A stretch of DNA of 64,000 nucleotides from Balanoglossus misakiensis (taxonomy: Eukaryota > Animalia > Hemichordata), in the NCBI GenBank assembly GCA_040954595.2, contig CM082593.2, positions 10,301,200 to 10,365,199 of the forward strand, written 5' to 3'. Below the pieces are notes generated by a model. The model was not told where the DNA came from, did not search any database, and saw only the letters and a list, made by a program, of their open reading frames with translations. Positions 11,101-26,100 of the stretch are shown piece after piece. Each line of letters begins with the position of its first letter. The stretch's first letter is position 1. The position numbers were made by a program, and so were the translations under genes.

Positions 11101-14100
11101 TTGTCATTTTTTGATGATTTTCACCCATGATTTTTTTCAAAAATCGACGAAATTTTGAGATTTTGCAAATTCGAAAATTTGTAATTTTTTGATGATTTTC
11201 ACCCATGTTTTTTTCAAAAATCAACGAACCCATGATTTTTTTTCAAAAATCGACCAAATTTTGGGATTTTGCAAAGACGAAAATTTGTCATTTTTTGATG
11301 ATTTTCACCCATGATTTTTCTCAAAAATCGACGAAATTTTGAGACTTTGCAAAGTCGAAAATTTGTCATTTTTTGATGATTTTCACCCGTGATTTTTTTC
11401 AAAAATCGACGAAATTTGAGATTTTGCAAATTCGAAAATTTGTAATTTTTTGTTAATTTTCACCCTTTTTTTTCAAAAATCAACGAACCCATGATTTTTT
11501 TTCAAAAATCGACAAAATTTTGAGATTTTGCATAGCCGAAAATTTGTCATTTTTTGATGATTTTCACCCATGTTTTTTTTCAAAATTGAACGAACCCATG
11601 ATTTTTTTCAAAAATCGACGAAATTTTGAGATTTTGGAAAGTCGAAAATTTGTCATTTTTTGATGATTTTCACCCATGATTTTTTTCAAAAATCGACGAA
11701 ATTTTGAGATTTTGCAAAGTCGAAAATTTGTCATTTTTTGATGATTTTCACCCATGATTTTTTTTTCAAAAACCGACAAAATTTTGAGATTTTGCAAAGT
11801 CGAAAATTTGTCATTTTTTGATTATTTTCACCCATGATTTTTTTCAAAAAACGACAAAATTTTTAGATTTTGCAAAGTCGAAAATTTGTCATTTTTTGAT
11901 GATTTTCACCATGATTTTTTTTTAAAAAATCGACGAAATTTTGAGATTTTGCAAAGTCGAAAATTTGTCATTTTTTGATGATTTTCACCCATGATTTTTT
12001 TCAAAAATCGACGAAATTTGAGATTTTGCAAAGTCGAAAATTTGTCATTTTTTGATGATTTTCACCCATGATTTTTTTCAAAAATCGACGAAATTTTGAG
12101 ATTTTGCAAATTCGAAAATTTGTAATTTTTTGATGATTTTCACCCATGTTTTTTTTCAAAAATCAACGAACCCATGATTTTTTTTCAAAAATCGACCAAA
12201 TTTTGGGATTTTGCAAAGACGAAAATTTGTCATTTTTTGATGATTTTCACCCATGATTTTTCTCAAAAATCGACGAAATTTTGAGATTTTGCAAAGTCGA
12301 AAATTTGTCATTTTTTGATGATTTTCACCCATGATTTTTTTCAAAAATCGACGAAATTTGAGATTTTGCAAATTCGAAAATTTGTAATTTTTTGTTGATT
12401 TTCACCCTTTTTTTTCAAAAATCAACGAACCCATGATTTTTTTTCAAAAATCGACAAAATTTTGAGATTTTGCAAAGCCGAAAATTTGTCATTTTTTGAT
12501 GATTTTCACCCATGATTTTTCTCAAAAATCGACGAAATTTTGAGATTTTGCAAAGTCGAAAATTTTTCATTTTTTGATGATTTTCACCCATGATTTTTTT
12601 CAAAAATCTACGAAATTTTGAGATTTTGCAAAGTCGAAAATTTGTCATTTTTTGATGATTTTCACCCATGATTTTTTTCAAAAATCGACGAAATTTGAGA
12701 TTTTGCAAAGTCGAAAATTTGTCATTTTTTGATGATTTTCACCCATGATTTTTTTCAAAAATCGACGAAATTTTGAGATTTTGCAAATTCGAAAATTTGT
12801 AATTTTTTGATGATTTTCACCCATGTTTTTTTTCAAAAATCAACGAACCCATGATTTTTTTTCAAAAATCGACCAAATTTTGGGATTTTGCAAAGACGAA
12901 AATTTGTCATTTTTTGATGATTTTCACCCATGATTTTTCTCAAAAATCGACGAAATTTTGAGATTTTGCAAAGTCGAAAATTTGTCATTTTTTGATGATT
13001 TTCACCCATGATTTTTTTCAAAAATCGACGAAATTTGAGATTTTGCAAATTCGAAAATTTGTAATTTTTTGTTGATTTTCACCCTTTTTTTTCAAAAATC
13101 AACGAACCCATGATTTTTTTTCAAAAATCGACAAAATTTTGAGATTTTGCAAAGCCGAAAATTTGTCATTTTTTGATGATTTTCACCCATGATTTTTCTC
13201 AAAAATCGACGAAATTTTGAGATTTTGCAAAGTCGAAAATTTTTCATTTTTTGATGATTTTCACCCATGATTTTTTTTCAAAAATCTGCGAAATTTTGAG
13301 ATTTTGCAAAGTCGAAAATTTGTCATTTTTTGATGATTTTCACCCATGATTTTTTTTCAAAAAATCGACGAAATTTTGAGATTTTGCAAAGTCGAAAATT
13401 TGTCATTTTTTGATTATTTTCACCCATGATTTTTTTTTTCAAAAAATCGACACAATTTTGAGATTTTGCAAAGTCGAAAATGTGTCATTTTTTGATGATT
13501 TTCACCCATGATTTTTTTCAAAAAGCGACGAAATTTGAGATTTTGCAAAGTCGAAAATTTGTCATTTTTTTATGATTTTTACCCATGATTTTTTTTTTCA
13601 AAAATCGACACAATTTTGAGATTTTGCAAAGTCGAAAATGTGTCATTTTTTGATGATTTTCACCCATGATTTTTTTCAAAAATCGACGAAATTTGAGATT
13701 TTGCAAAGTCGAAAATTTGTCATTTTTTGATGATTTTTACCCATGATTTTTTTTTTCAAAAATCGACCAAATTTTGAGATTTTGCAAAGACGAAAATGTG
13801 TCATTTTTTGATGATTTTCACCCATGATTTTTTTTCAAAAATCTACGAAATTTTGAGATTTTGCAAAGTCGAAAATTTGTCATTTTTTTATGATTTTCAC
13901 CCATGTTTTTTTCAAAATTGAACGAACCCATGATTTTTTTCAAAAATCGACGAAATTTTGAGATTTTGCAAAGTAGAAAATTTGTCATTTTTTGATGATT
14001 TTCACCCATGATTTTTTTCAAAAATCGACGAAATTTTGAGATTTTGCAAAGTCGAAAATTTGACATTTTTTGATGATTTTCACCCATGATTTTTTTCAAA

Positions 14101-17100
14101 AGTCGACGAAATTTTGAGATTTTGCAAAGACAAAAATTTTTCATTTTTTGATGATTTTCACCCGTGATTTTTTTCAAAAATCGACAAAATTTTGAGATTT
14201 TGCAAAGTCGAAAATTTGACATTTTTTGATGATTTTCACCCATGTTTTTTTTCAAAAATCAACGAACCCATGATTTTTTTTCAAAAATCGACGAAATTTA
14301 GAGATTTTGCAAAGTCGAAAATTTGTCATTTCTTAATGATTTTCACCCATGTTTTTTTTTCAAAAATCGACAAAATTTTGAGATTTTGCAAAGTCGAAAA
14401 TTTGTAATTTTTTGATGATTTTCACCCATGTTTTTTTTCAAAATTGAACGAACCCATGATTTTTTTCAAAAATCGACGAAATTTTGAGATTTTGCAAAGA
14501 CGAAAATTTGTAATTTTTTGATGATTTTCACCCATGACTTTTTTTCAAAAATTTACGAAATTTTGAGATTTTGCAAAGTCGAAAATTTGTCATTTTTTGA
14601 TGATTTTCACCAATGATTTTTCTCAAAAATCGACGAAATTTTGAGATTTTGGAAAGTCGAAAATTTGTCATTTTTTGATGATTTTCACCCATGATTTTTT
14701 TTCAAAAACTGACGAAATTTTGAGATTTTGCAAAGTCGAAAATTTGTCATTTATTAATGATTTTCACCGATGATTTTTTTTTCAAAAATAGACAAAATTT
14801 TGAGATTTTGCAAAGTCGAAAATTTGTAATTTTTTGATGATTTTCACCCATGTTTTTTTCTAAATTGAACGAACCCATGATTTTTTTCAAAAATCGACGA
14901 AATTTTTAGATTTTGCAAAGTCGAAAATTTGTCATTCTTTGATGATTTTCACCCATGATTTTTTTCAAAAATCGACGAAATTTTGAGATTTTGCAAAGTC
15001 GAAAATTTGTCATTTTTTGATGATTTTCCCCTATTATTTTTTTCAAAAATCGACGAAATTTTTAGATTTTGCAAAGTCGAAAATTTGTAATTTTTTGATG
15101 ATTTTTACCCATGATTTTTTTTTTCAAAAATCGACGAAATTTTGAGATTTTGCAAATTCGAAAATTTGTAATTTTTTGATGATTTTCACCCATGTTTTTA
15201 TTCAAAAATCAACGAACCCATGATTTTTTTTTCAAAAAAGGACAAAATTTTGAGATTTTTCAAAGTCGAAAATTTGTCATTTTTTGATGATTTTCACCCA
15301 TGATTTTTCTCAAAAATCGACGAAATTTTGAGATTTTGGAAAGTCGAAAATTTGTCATTTTTTGATGATTTTCACCCATGATTTTTTTTCAAAAATCGAC
15401 GAAATTTTGAGATTTTGCAAAGTCGAAAATTTGTCATTTATTAATGATTTTCACCCATGATTATTTTTCAAAAATCGACAAAATTTTGAGATTTTGCAAA
15501 GTCGAAAATTTGTCATTTTTTGATGATTTTTACCCATGATTTTTTTTTTTCAAAAATCGACCAAATTTTGAGATTTTGCAAAGACGAAAATGTGTCATTT
15601 TTTGATGATTTTCACCCATGATTTTTTTTCAAAAATCTACGAAATTTTGAGATTTTGCAAAGTCGAAAATTTGTCATTTTTTGATGATTTTCACCCATGA
15701 TTTTTCACAAAAACCGACGAAATTTTGAGATTTTGCAAAGTCGAAAATTTGTCATTTTTTTATGATTTTCACCCATGTTTTTTTCAAAATTGAACGAACC
15801 CATGATTTTTTTCAAAAATCGACGAAATTTTGAGATTTTGCAAAGTAGAAAATTTGTCATTTTTTGATGATTTTCACCCATGATTTTTTTCAAAAATCGA
15901 CGAAATTTTGAGATTTTGCAAAGTCGAAAATTTGACATTTTTTGATGATTTTCACCCATGATTTTTTTCAAAAGTCGACGAAATTTTGAGATTTTGCAAA
16001 GACAAAAATTTTTCATTTTTTGATGATTTTCACCCGTGATTTTTTTCAAAAATCGACAAAATTTTGAGATTTTGCAAAGTCGAAAATTTGACATTTTTTG
16101 ATGATTTTCACCCATGTTTTTTTTCAAAAATCAACGAACCCATGATTTTTTTTCAAAAATCGACGAAATTTAGAGATTTTGCAAAGTCGAAAATTTGTCA
16201 TTTCTTAATGATTTTCACCCATGTTTTTTTTTCAAAAATCGACAAAATTTTGAGATTTTGCAAAGTCGAAAATTTGTAATTTTTTGATGATTTTCACCCA
16301 TGTTTTTTTTCAAAATTGAACGAACCCATGATTTTTTTCAAAAATCGACAAAATTTTGAGATTTTGCAAAGACGAAAATTTGTAATTTTTTGATGATTTT
16401 CACCCATGACTTTTTTTCAAAAATTTACGAAATTTTGAGATTTTGCAAAGTCGAAAATTTGTCATTTTTTGATGATTTTCACCAATGATTTTTCTCAAAA
16501 ATCGACGAAATTTTGAGATTTTGGAAAGTCGAAAATTTGTCATTTTTTGATGATTTTCACCCATGATTTTTTTTCAAAAACTGACGAAATTTTGAGATTT
16601 TGCAAAGTCGAAAATTTGTCATTTATTAATGATTTTCACCGATGATTTTTTTTTCAAAAATAGACAAAATTTTGAGATTTTGCAAAGTCGAAAATTTGTA
16701 ATTTTTTGATGATTTTCACCCATGTTTTTTTCTAAATTGAACGAACCCATGATTTTTTTCAAAAATCGACGAAATTTTTAGATTTTGCAAAGTCGAAAAT
16801 TTGTCATTCTTTGATGATTTTCACCCATGATTTTTTTCATAAATCGACGAAATTTTGAGATTTTGCAAAGTCGAAAATTTGTCATTTTTTGATGATTTTC
16901 CCCTATTATTTTTTTCAAAAATCGACGAAATTTTTAGATTTTGCAAAGTCGAAAATTTGTAATTTTTTGATGATTTTTACCCATGATTTTTTTTTTCAAA
17001 AATCGACGAAATTTTGAGATTTTGCAAAGACGAAAATTTGTAATTTTTTGATGATTTTCACCCATGACTTTTTTTCAAAAATTTACGAAATTTTGTCATT

Positions 17101-20100
17101 TTTTGATGATTTTCACCCATGTTTTTTTTTTCAAAAATCGACGAAATTTTGAGATTTTGCAAATTCGAAAATTTGTAATTTTTTGATGATTTTCACCCAT
17201 GTTTTTATTCAAAAATCAACGAACCCATGATTTTTTTTTCAAAAAAGGACAAAATTTTGAGATTTTTCAAAGTCGAAAATTTGTCATTTTTTGATGATTT
17301 TCACCCATGATTTTTCTCAAAAATCGACGAAATTTTGAGATTTTGGAAAGTCGAAAATTTGTCATTTTTTGATGATTTTCACCCATGATTTTTTTTCAAA
17401 AATCGACGAAATTTTGAGATTTTGCAAAGTCGAAAATTTGTCATTTATTAATGATTTTCACCCATGATTATTTTTCAAAAATCGACAAAATTTTGAGATT
17501 TTGCAAAGTCGAAAATTTGTAATTTTTTGATGATTTTCACCCGTTTTTTTTTCAAAATTGAACGAACCCATGATTTTTTTCAAAAATCGACGAAATTTTG
17601 AGATTTTGCAAAGTCGAAAATTTGTGATTTTTTGATGATTTTCACCCATGATTTTTTTCAAAAATCGACAAAATTTTTAGATTTTGCAAAGTCGAAAATT
17701 TGTGATTTTTTGATTATTTTCACCCATGATTTTTTTCAAAAATCGACAAAATTTTTAGATTTTGCAAAGTCGAAAATTTGTCATTTTTTGATGATTTTCA
17801 CCATGAATTTTTTTTTAAAAATCGACGAAATTTTGAGATTTTGCAAAGACGAAAATTTGTCATTTTTTGATGATTTTCGGCCATGATTTTTTTTCAAAAA
17901 TGTACGAAATTTTGAGATTTTGCAAAGTCGAAAATTTGTCATTTTTTGATGATTTTCACCCATGATGTTTTTCAAAAATCGACAAAATTTTGAGATTTTG
18001 CAAAGACGAAAATTTGTCATTTTTTGATGATTTTCACCCATGATTTTTTTCAAAAGTCGACGAAATTTTGAGATTTTGCAAAGACAAAAATTTTTCATTT
18101 TTTGATGATTTTCACCCATGTTTTTTTTCAAAAATCAACGAACCCATGATTTTTTTTCAAAAATCGACGAAATTTAGAGATTTTGCAAAGTCGAAAATTT
18201 GTCATTTCTTAATGATTTTCACCCATGTTTTTTTTTCAAAAATCGACAAAATTTTGAGATTTTGCAAAGTCGAAAATTTGTCATTTTTGGATGATTTTCA
18301 CCCATGATTTTTTTCAAAAATCGACGAAATTTGAGATTTTGCAAATTCGAAAATTTGTAATTTTTTGTTGATTTTCACCCTTTTTTTTCAAAAATCAACG
18401 AACCCATGATTTTTTTTCAAAAATCGACAAAATTTTGAGATTTTGCAAAGCCGAAAATTTGTCATTTTTTGACGATTTTCACCCATGATTTTTCTCAAAA
18501 ATCGACGAAATTTTGAGATTTTGCAAAGTCGAAAATTTTTCATTTTTTGATGATTTTCACCCATGATTTTTTTCAAAAATCTACGAAATTTTGAGATTTT
18601 GCAAAGACGAAAATTTGTCATTTTTTGATGATTTTCACCCATGATTTTTTTCAAAAATCTGCGAAATTTTGAGATTTTGCAAAGTCGAAAATTTGTCATT
18701 TATTAATGATTTTCACCCATGATTTTTTTCAAAAATCGACGAAATTTGAGATTTTGCAAATTCGAAAATTTGTAATTTTTTGATGATTTTCACCATTTTT
18801 TTCAAAAATCAACGAACCCATGATTTTTTTTCAAAAATCGACAAAATTTTGAGATTTTGCAAAGCCGAAAATTTGTCATTTTTTGATGATTTTCACCCAT
18901 GATTTTTCTCAAAAATCGACGAAATTTTGAGATTTTGCAAAGTCGAAAATTTTTCATTTTTTGATGATTTTCACCCATGATTTTTTTCAAAAATCTACGA
19001 AATTTTGAGATTTTGCAAAGTCGAAAATTTGTCATTTTTTGATGATTTTCACCCATGATTTTTTTCAAAAATCTGCGAAATTTTGAGATTTTGCAAAGTC
19101 GAAAATTTGTCATTTATTAATGATTTTCACCCATGATTTTTTTTCAAAAATCGACAAAATTTTGAGATTTTGCAAAGTCGAAAATTTGTAATTTTTTGAT
19201 GATTTTCACCCATGTTTTTTTTCAAAAATTAACGAACCCATGATTTTTTTCAAAAATCGACAACATTTTGAGATTTTGCAAAGTCGAAAATTTGTCATTT
19301 TTTGATGATTTTCACCCATGATTTTTCTCAAAAATCGACGAAATTTAGAGATTTTGCAAAGTCGAAAATTTGTCATTTTTTGATGATTTTCACCCATGAT
19401 TTTTCTCAAAAATCGACGAAATTTTGAGATTTTGCAAAGTCGAAAATTTGTCATTTTTTGATGATTTTCACCCATGTTTTTTTCAAAATTGAACGAACCC
19501 ATGATTTTTTTCAAAAATCGACGAAATTTTGAGATTTTGCAAAGTAGAAAATTTGTCATTTTTTGATGATTTTCACCCATGATTTTTTTCAAAAATCGAC
19601 GAAATTTTGAGATTTTGCAAAGTCGAAAATTTGTCATTTTTTGATTATTTTCACCCATGATGTTTTTCAAAAATCAACGAACCCATGATTTTTTTTCAAA
19701 AATCGACAAAATTTTGAGATTTTGCAAAGTCGAAAATTTGTCATTTTTTGATGATTTTCACCCATGATTTTTCTCAAAAATCGACGAAATTTTGAGATTT
19801 TGCAAAGTCGAAAATTTGTAATTTTTTGATGATTTTCACCCATGATTTTTTTTTTCAAAAATCGACCAAATTTTGAGATTTTGCAAAGACGAAAATGTGT
19901 CATTTTTTGATGATTTTCACCCATGATTTTTTTTCAAAAATCTACGAAATTTTGAGATTTTGCAAAGTCGAAAATTTGTCATTTTTTGATGATTTTCACC
20001 CATGATTTTTCACAAAAACCGACGAAATTTTGAGATTTTGCAAAGTCGAAAATTTGTCATTTTTTTATGATTTTCACCCATGTTTTTTTCAAAATTGAAC

Positions 20101-23100
20101 GAACCCATGATTTTTTTCAAAAATCGACGAAATTTTGAGATTTTGCAAAGTAGAAAATTTGTCATTTTTTGATGATTTTCACCCATGATTTTTTTCAAAA
20201 ATCGACGAAATTTTGAGATTTTGCAAAGTCGAAAATTTGACATTTTTTGATGATTTTCACCCATGATTTTTTTCAAAAGTCGACGAAATTTTGAGATTTT
20301 GCAAAGACAAAAATTTTTCATTTTTTGATGATTTTCACCCGTGATTTTTTTCAAAAATCGACAAAATTTTGAGATTTTGCAAAGTCGAAAATTTGACATT
20401 TTTTGATGATTTTCACCCATGTTTTTTTTCAAAAATCAACGAACCCATGATTTTTTTTCAAAAATCGACGAAATTTAGAGATTTTGCAAAGTCGAAAATT
20501 TGTCATTTCTTAATGATTTTCACCCATGTTTTTTTTTCAAAAATCGACAAAATTTTGAGATTTTGCAAAGTCGAAAATTGTAATTTTTTGATGATTTTCA
20601 CCCATGTTTTTTTTCAAAATTGAACGAACCCATGATTTTTTTCAAAAATCGACGAAATTTTGAGATTTTGCAAAGACGAAAATTTGTAATTTTTTGATGA
20701 TTTTCACACATGACTTTTTTTCAAAAATTTACGAAATTTTGAGATTTTGCAAAGTCGAAAATTTGTCATTTTTTGATGATTTTCACCAATGATTTTTCTC
20801 AAAAATCGACGAAATTTTGAGATTTTGGAAAGTCGAAAATTTGTCATTTTTTGATGATTTTCACCCATGATTTTTTTTCAAAAACTGACGAAATTTTGAG
20901 ATTTTGCAAAGTCGAAAATTTGTCATTTATTAATGATTTTCACCGATGATTTTTTTTTCAAAAATAGACAAAATTTTGAGATTTTGCAAAGTCGAAAATT
21001 TGTAATTTTTTGATGATTTTCACCCATGTTTTTTTCTAAATTGAACGAACCCATGATTTTTTTCAAAAATCGACGAAATTTTTAGATTTTGCAAAGTCGA
21101 AAATTTGTCATTCTTTGATGATTTTCACCCATGATTTTTTTCAAAAATCGACGAAATTTTGAGATTTTGCAAAGTCGAAAATTTGTCATTTTTTGATGAT
21201 TTTCCCCTATTATTTGTTTCAAAAATCGACGAAATTTTTAGATTTTGCAAAGTCGAAAATTTGTAATTTTTTGATGATTTTTACCCATGATTTTTTTTTT
21301 CAAAAATCGACGAAATTTTGAGATTTTGCAAAGACGAAAATTTGTAATTTTTTGATGATTTTCACCCATGACTTTTTTTCAAAAATTTACGAAATTTTGT
21401 CATTTTTTGATGATTTTCACCCATGTTTTTTTTTTCAAAAATCGACGAAATTTTGAGATTTTGCAAATTCGAAAATTTGTAATTTTTTGATGATTTTCAC
21501 CCATGTTTTTATTCAAAAATCAACGAACCCATGATTTTTTTTTCAAAAAAGGACAAAATTTTGAGATTTTTCAAAGTCGAAAATTTGTCATTTTTTGATG
21601 ATTTTCACCCATGATTTTTCTCAAAAATCGACGAAATTTTGAGATTTTGGAAAGTCGAAAATTTGTCATTTTTTGATGATTTTCACCCATGATTTTTTTT
21701 CAAAAATCGACGAAATTTTGAGATTTTGCAAAGTCGAAAATTTGTCATTTATTAATGATTTTCACCCATGATTATTTTTCAAAAATCGACAAAATTTTGA
21801 GATTTTGCAAAGTCGAAAATTTGTAATTTTTTGATGATTTTCACCCGTTTTTTTTTCAAAATTGAACGAACCCATGATTTTTTTCAAAAATCGACGAAAT
21901 TTTGAGATTTTGCAAAGTCGAAAATTTGTGATTTTTTGATGATTTTCACCCATGATTTTTTTCAAAAATCGACAAAATTTTTAGATTTTGCAAAGTCGAA
22001 AATTTGTGATTTTTTGATTATTTTCACCCATGATTTTTTTCAAAAATCGACAAAATTTTTAGATTTTGCAAAGTCGAAAATTTGTCATTTTTTGATGATT
22101 TTCACCATGATTTTTTTTTTAAAAATCGACGAAATTTTGAGATTTTGCAAAGACGAAAATTTGTCATTTTTTGATGATTTTCGGCCATGATTTTTTTTCA
22201 AAAATGTACGAAATTTTGAGATTTTGCAAAGTCGAAAATTTGTCATTTTTTGATGATTTTCACCCATGATGTTTTTCAAAAATCGACAAAATTTTGAGAT
22301 TTTGCAAAGACGAAAATTTGTCATTTTTTGATGATTTTCACCCATGATTTTTTTCAAAAGTCGACGAAATTTTGAGATTTTGCAAAGACAAAAATTTTTC
22401 ATTTTTTGATGATTTTCACCCATGTTTTTTTTCAAAAATCAACGAACCCATGATTTTTTTTCAAAAATCGACGAAATTTAGAGATTTTGCAAAGTCGAAA
22501 ATTTGTCATTTCTTAATGATTTTCACCCATGTTTTTTTTTCAAAAATCGACAAAATTTTGAGATTTTGCAAAGTCGAAAATTTGTCATTTTTGGATGATT
22601 TTCACCCATGATTTTTTTCAAAAATCGACGAAATTTGAGATTTTGCAAATTCGAAAATTTGTAATTTTTTGTTGATTTTCACCCTTTTTTTTCAAAAATC
22701 AACGAACCCATGATTTTTTTTCAAAAATCGACAAAATTTTGAGATTTTGCAAAGCCGAAAATTTGTCATTTTTTGACGATTTTCACCCATGATTTTTCTC
22801 AAAAATCGACGAAATTTTGAGATTTTGCAAAGTCGAAAATTTTTCATTTTTTGATGATTTTCACCCATGATTTTTTTCAAAAATCTACGAAATTTTGAGA
22901 TTTTGCAAAGACGAAAATTTGTCATTTTTTGATGATTTTCACCCATGATTTTTTTCAAAAATCTGCGAAATTTTGAGATTTTGCAAAGTCGAAAATTTGT
23001 CATTTATTAATGATTTTCACCCATGATTTTTTTCAAAAATCGACGAAATTTGAGATTTTGCAAATTCGAAAATTTGTAATTTTTTGATGATTTTCACCAT

Positions 23101-26100
23101 TTTTTTTCAAAAATCAACGAACCCATGATTTTTTTTCAAAAATCGACAAAATTTTGAGATTTTGCAAAGCCGAAAATTTGTCATTTTTTGATGATTTTCA
23201 CCCATGATTTTTCTCAAAAATCGACGAAATTTTGAGATTTTGCAAAGTCGAAAATTTTTCATTTTTTGATGATTTTCACCCATGATTTTTTTCAAAAATC
23301 TACGAAACTTTGAGATTTTGCAAAGTCGAAAATTTGTCATTTTTTGATGATTTTCACCCATGATTTTTTTCAAAAATCTACGAAATTTTGAGATTTTGCA
23401 AAGTCGAAAATTTGTCATTTATTAATGATTTTCACCCATGATTTTTTTTCAAAAATCGACAAAATTTTGAGATTTTGCAAAGTCGAAAATTTGTAATTTT
23501 TTGATGATTTTCACCCATGTTTTTTTTCAAAAATTAACGAACCCATGATTTTTTTCAAAAATCGACAACATTTTGAGATTTTGCAAAGTCGAAAATTTGT
23601 CATTTTTTGATGATTTTCACCCATGATTTTTCTCAAAAATCGACGAAATTTTGAGATTTTGCAAAGTCGAAAATTTTTCATTTTTTGATGATTTCACCCA
23701 TGATTCTTTTCAAAAATCTACGAAATTTTGAGATTTTGCAAAGTCGAAAATTTGTCATTTTTTGATGATTTTCACCCATGATTTTTTTTCAAAAATCTGC
23801 GAAATTTTGAGATTTTGCAAAGTCGAAAATTTGTCATTTTTTGATGATTTTCACCCATGATTTTTTTTCAAAAAATCGACGAAATTTTGAGATTTTGCAA
23901 AGTCGAAAATTTGTCATTTTTTGATTATTTTCACCCATGATTTTTTTTTTCAAAAAATCGACACAATTTTGAGATTTTGCAAAGTCGAAAATGTGTCATT
24001 TTTTGATGATTTTCACCCATGATTTTTTTCAAAAATCGACGAAATTTGAGATTTTGCAAAGTCGAAAATTTGTCATTTTTTGATGATTTTCACCCATGAT
24101 TTTTTTTCAAAAATCGACGAAATTTTGAGATTTTGCAAAGACGAAAATTTGTCATTTTTTGATGATTTTCACCCATGATTTTTTTCATAAATCTGCGAAA
24201 TTTTGAGATTTTGCAAAGTCGAAAATTTGTCATTTATTAATGATTTTCACCCATGATTTTTTTCAAAAATCGACGAAATTTGAGATTTTGCAAATTCGAA
24301 AATTTGTAATTTTTTGATGATTTTCACCCTTTTTTTTCAAAAATCAACGAACCCATGATTTTTTTTCAAAAATCGACAAAATTTTGAGATTTTGCAAAGC
24401 CGAAAATTTGTCATTTTTTGATGATTTTTACCCATGATTTTTCTCAAAAATCGACGAAATTTTGAGATTTTGCAAAGTCGAAAATTTTTCATTTTTTGAT
24501 GATTTTCACCCATGATTTTTTTCAAAAATCTACGAAATTTTGAGATTTTGCAAAGTCGAAAATTTGTCATTTTTTGATGATTTTCACCCATGATTTTTTT
24601 CAAAAATCTGCGAAATTTTGAGATTTTGCAAAGTCGAAACTTTGTCATTTATTAATGATTTTCACCCATGATTTTTTTTCAAAAATCGACAAAATTTTGA
24701 GATTTTGCAAAGTCGAAAATTTGTAATTTTTTGATGATTTTCACCCATGTTTTTTTTCAAAAATCAACGAACCCATGATTTTTTTCAAAAATCGACAACA
24801 TTTTGAGATTTTGCAAAGTCGAAAATTTGTCATTTTTTGATGATTTTCACCCATGATTTTTCTCAAAAATCGACGAAATTTTGAGATTTTGCAAAGTCGA
24901 AAATTTTTCATTTTTTGATGATTTCACCCATGATTCTTTTCAAAAATCTACGAAATTTTGAGATTTTGCAAAGTCGAAAATTTGTCATTTTTTGATGATT
25001 TTCACCCATGATTTTTTTTCAAAAATCTGCGAAATTTTGAGATTTTGCAAAGTCGAAAATTTGTCATTTTTTGATGATTTTCACCCATGATTTTTTTTCA
25101 AAAATTTACGAAATTTTGAGATTTTGCAAAGTCGAAAATTTGTCATTTTTTGATGATTTTCACCCATGTTTTTTTTTTTTCAAAAATCGACGAAATTTTG
25201 AGATTTTGCAAATTCGAAAATTTGTAATTTTTTGATGATTTTCACCCATGTTTTTTTTCAAAAATCAACGAACCCATGATTTTTTTTTCAAAAAAGGACA
25301 AAATTTTGAGATTTTTCAAAGTCGAAAATTTGTCATTTTTTGATGATTTTCACCCATGATTTTTCTCAAAAATCGACGAAATTTTGAGATTTTGGAAAGT
25401 CGAAAATTTGTCATTTTTTGATGATTTTCACCCATGATTTTTTTTCAAAAATCGACGAAATTTTGAGATTTTGCAAAGTCGAAAATTTGTCATTTATTAA
25501 TGATTTTCACCCATGATTATTTTTCAAAAATCGACAAAATTTTGAGATTTTGCAAAGTCGAAAATTTGTAATTTTTTGATGATTTTCACCCGTTTTTTTT
25601 TCAAAATTGAACGAACCCATGATTTTTTTCAAAAATCGACGAAATTTTGAGATTTTGCAAAGTCGAAAATTTGTGATTTTTTGATGATTTTCACCCATGA
25701 TTTTTTTCAAAAATCGACAAAATTTTTAGATTTTGCAAAGTCGAAAATTTGTGATTTTTTGATTATTTTCACCCATGATTTTTTTCAAAAATCGACAAAA
25801 TTTTTAGATTTTGCAAAGTCGAAAATTTGTCATTTTTTGATGATTTTCACCATGATTTTTTTTTTAAAAATCGACGAAATTTTGAGATTTTGCAAAGACG
25901 AAAATTTGTCATTTTTTGATGATTTTCGGCCATGATTTTTTTTCAAAAATGTACGAAATTTTGAGATTTTGCAAAGTCGAAAATTTGTCATTTTTTGATG
26001 ATTTTCACCCATGATGTTTTTCAAAAATCGACAAAATTTTGAGATTTTGCAAAGACGAAAATTTGTCATTTTTTGATGATTTTCACCCATGATTTTTTTT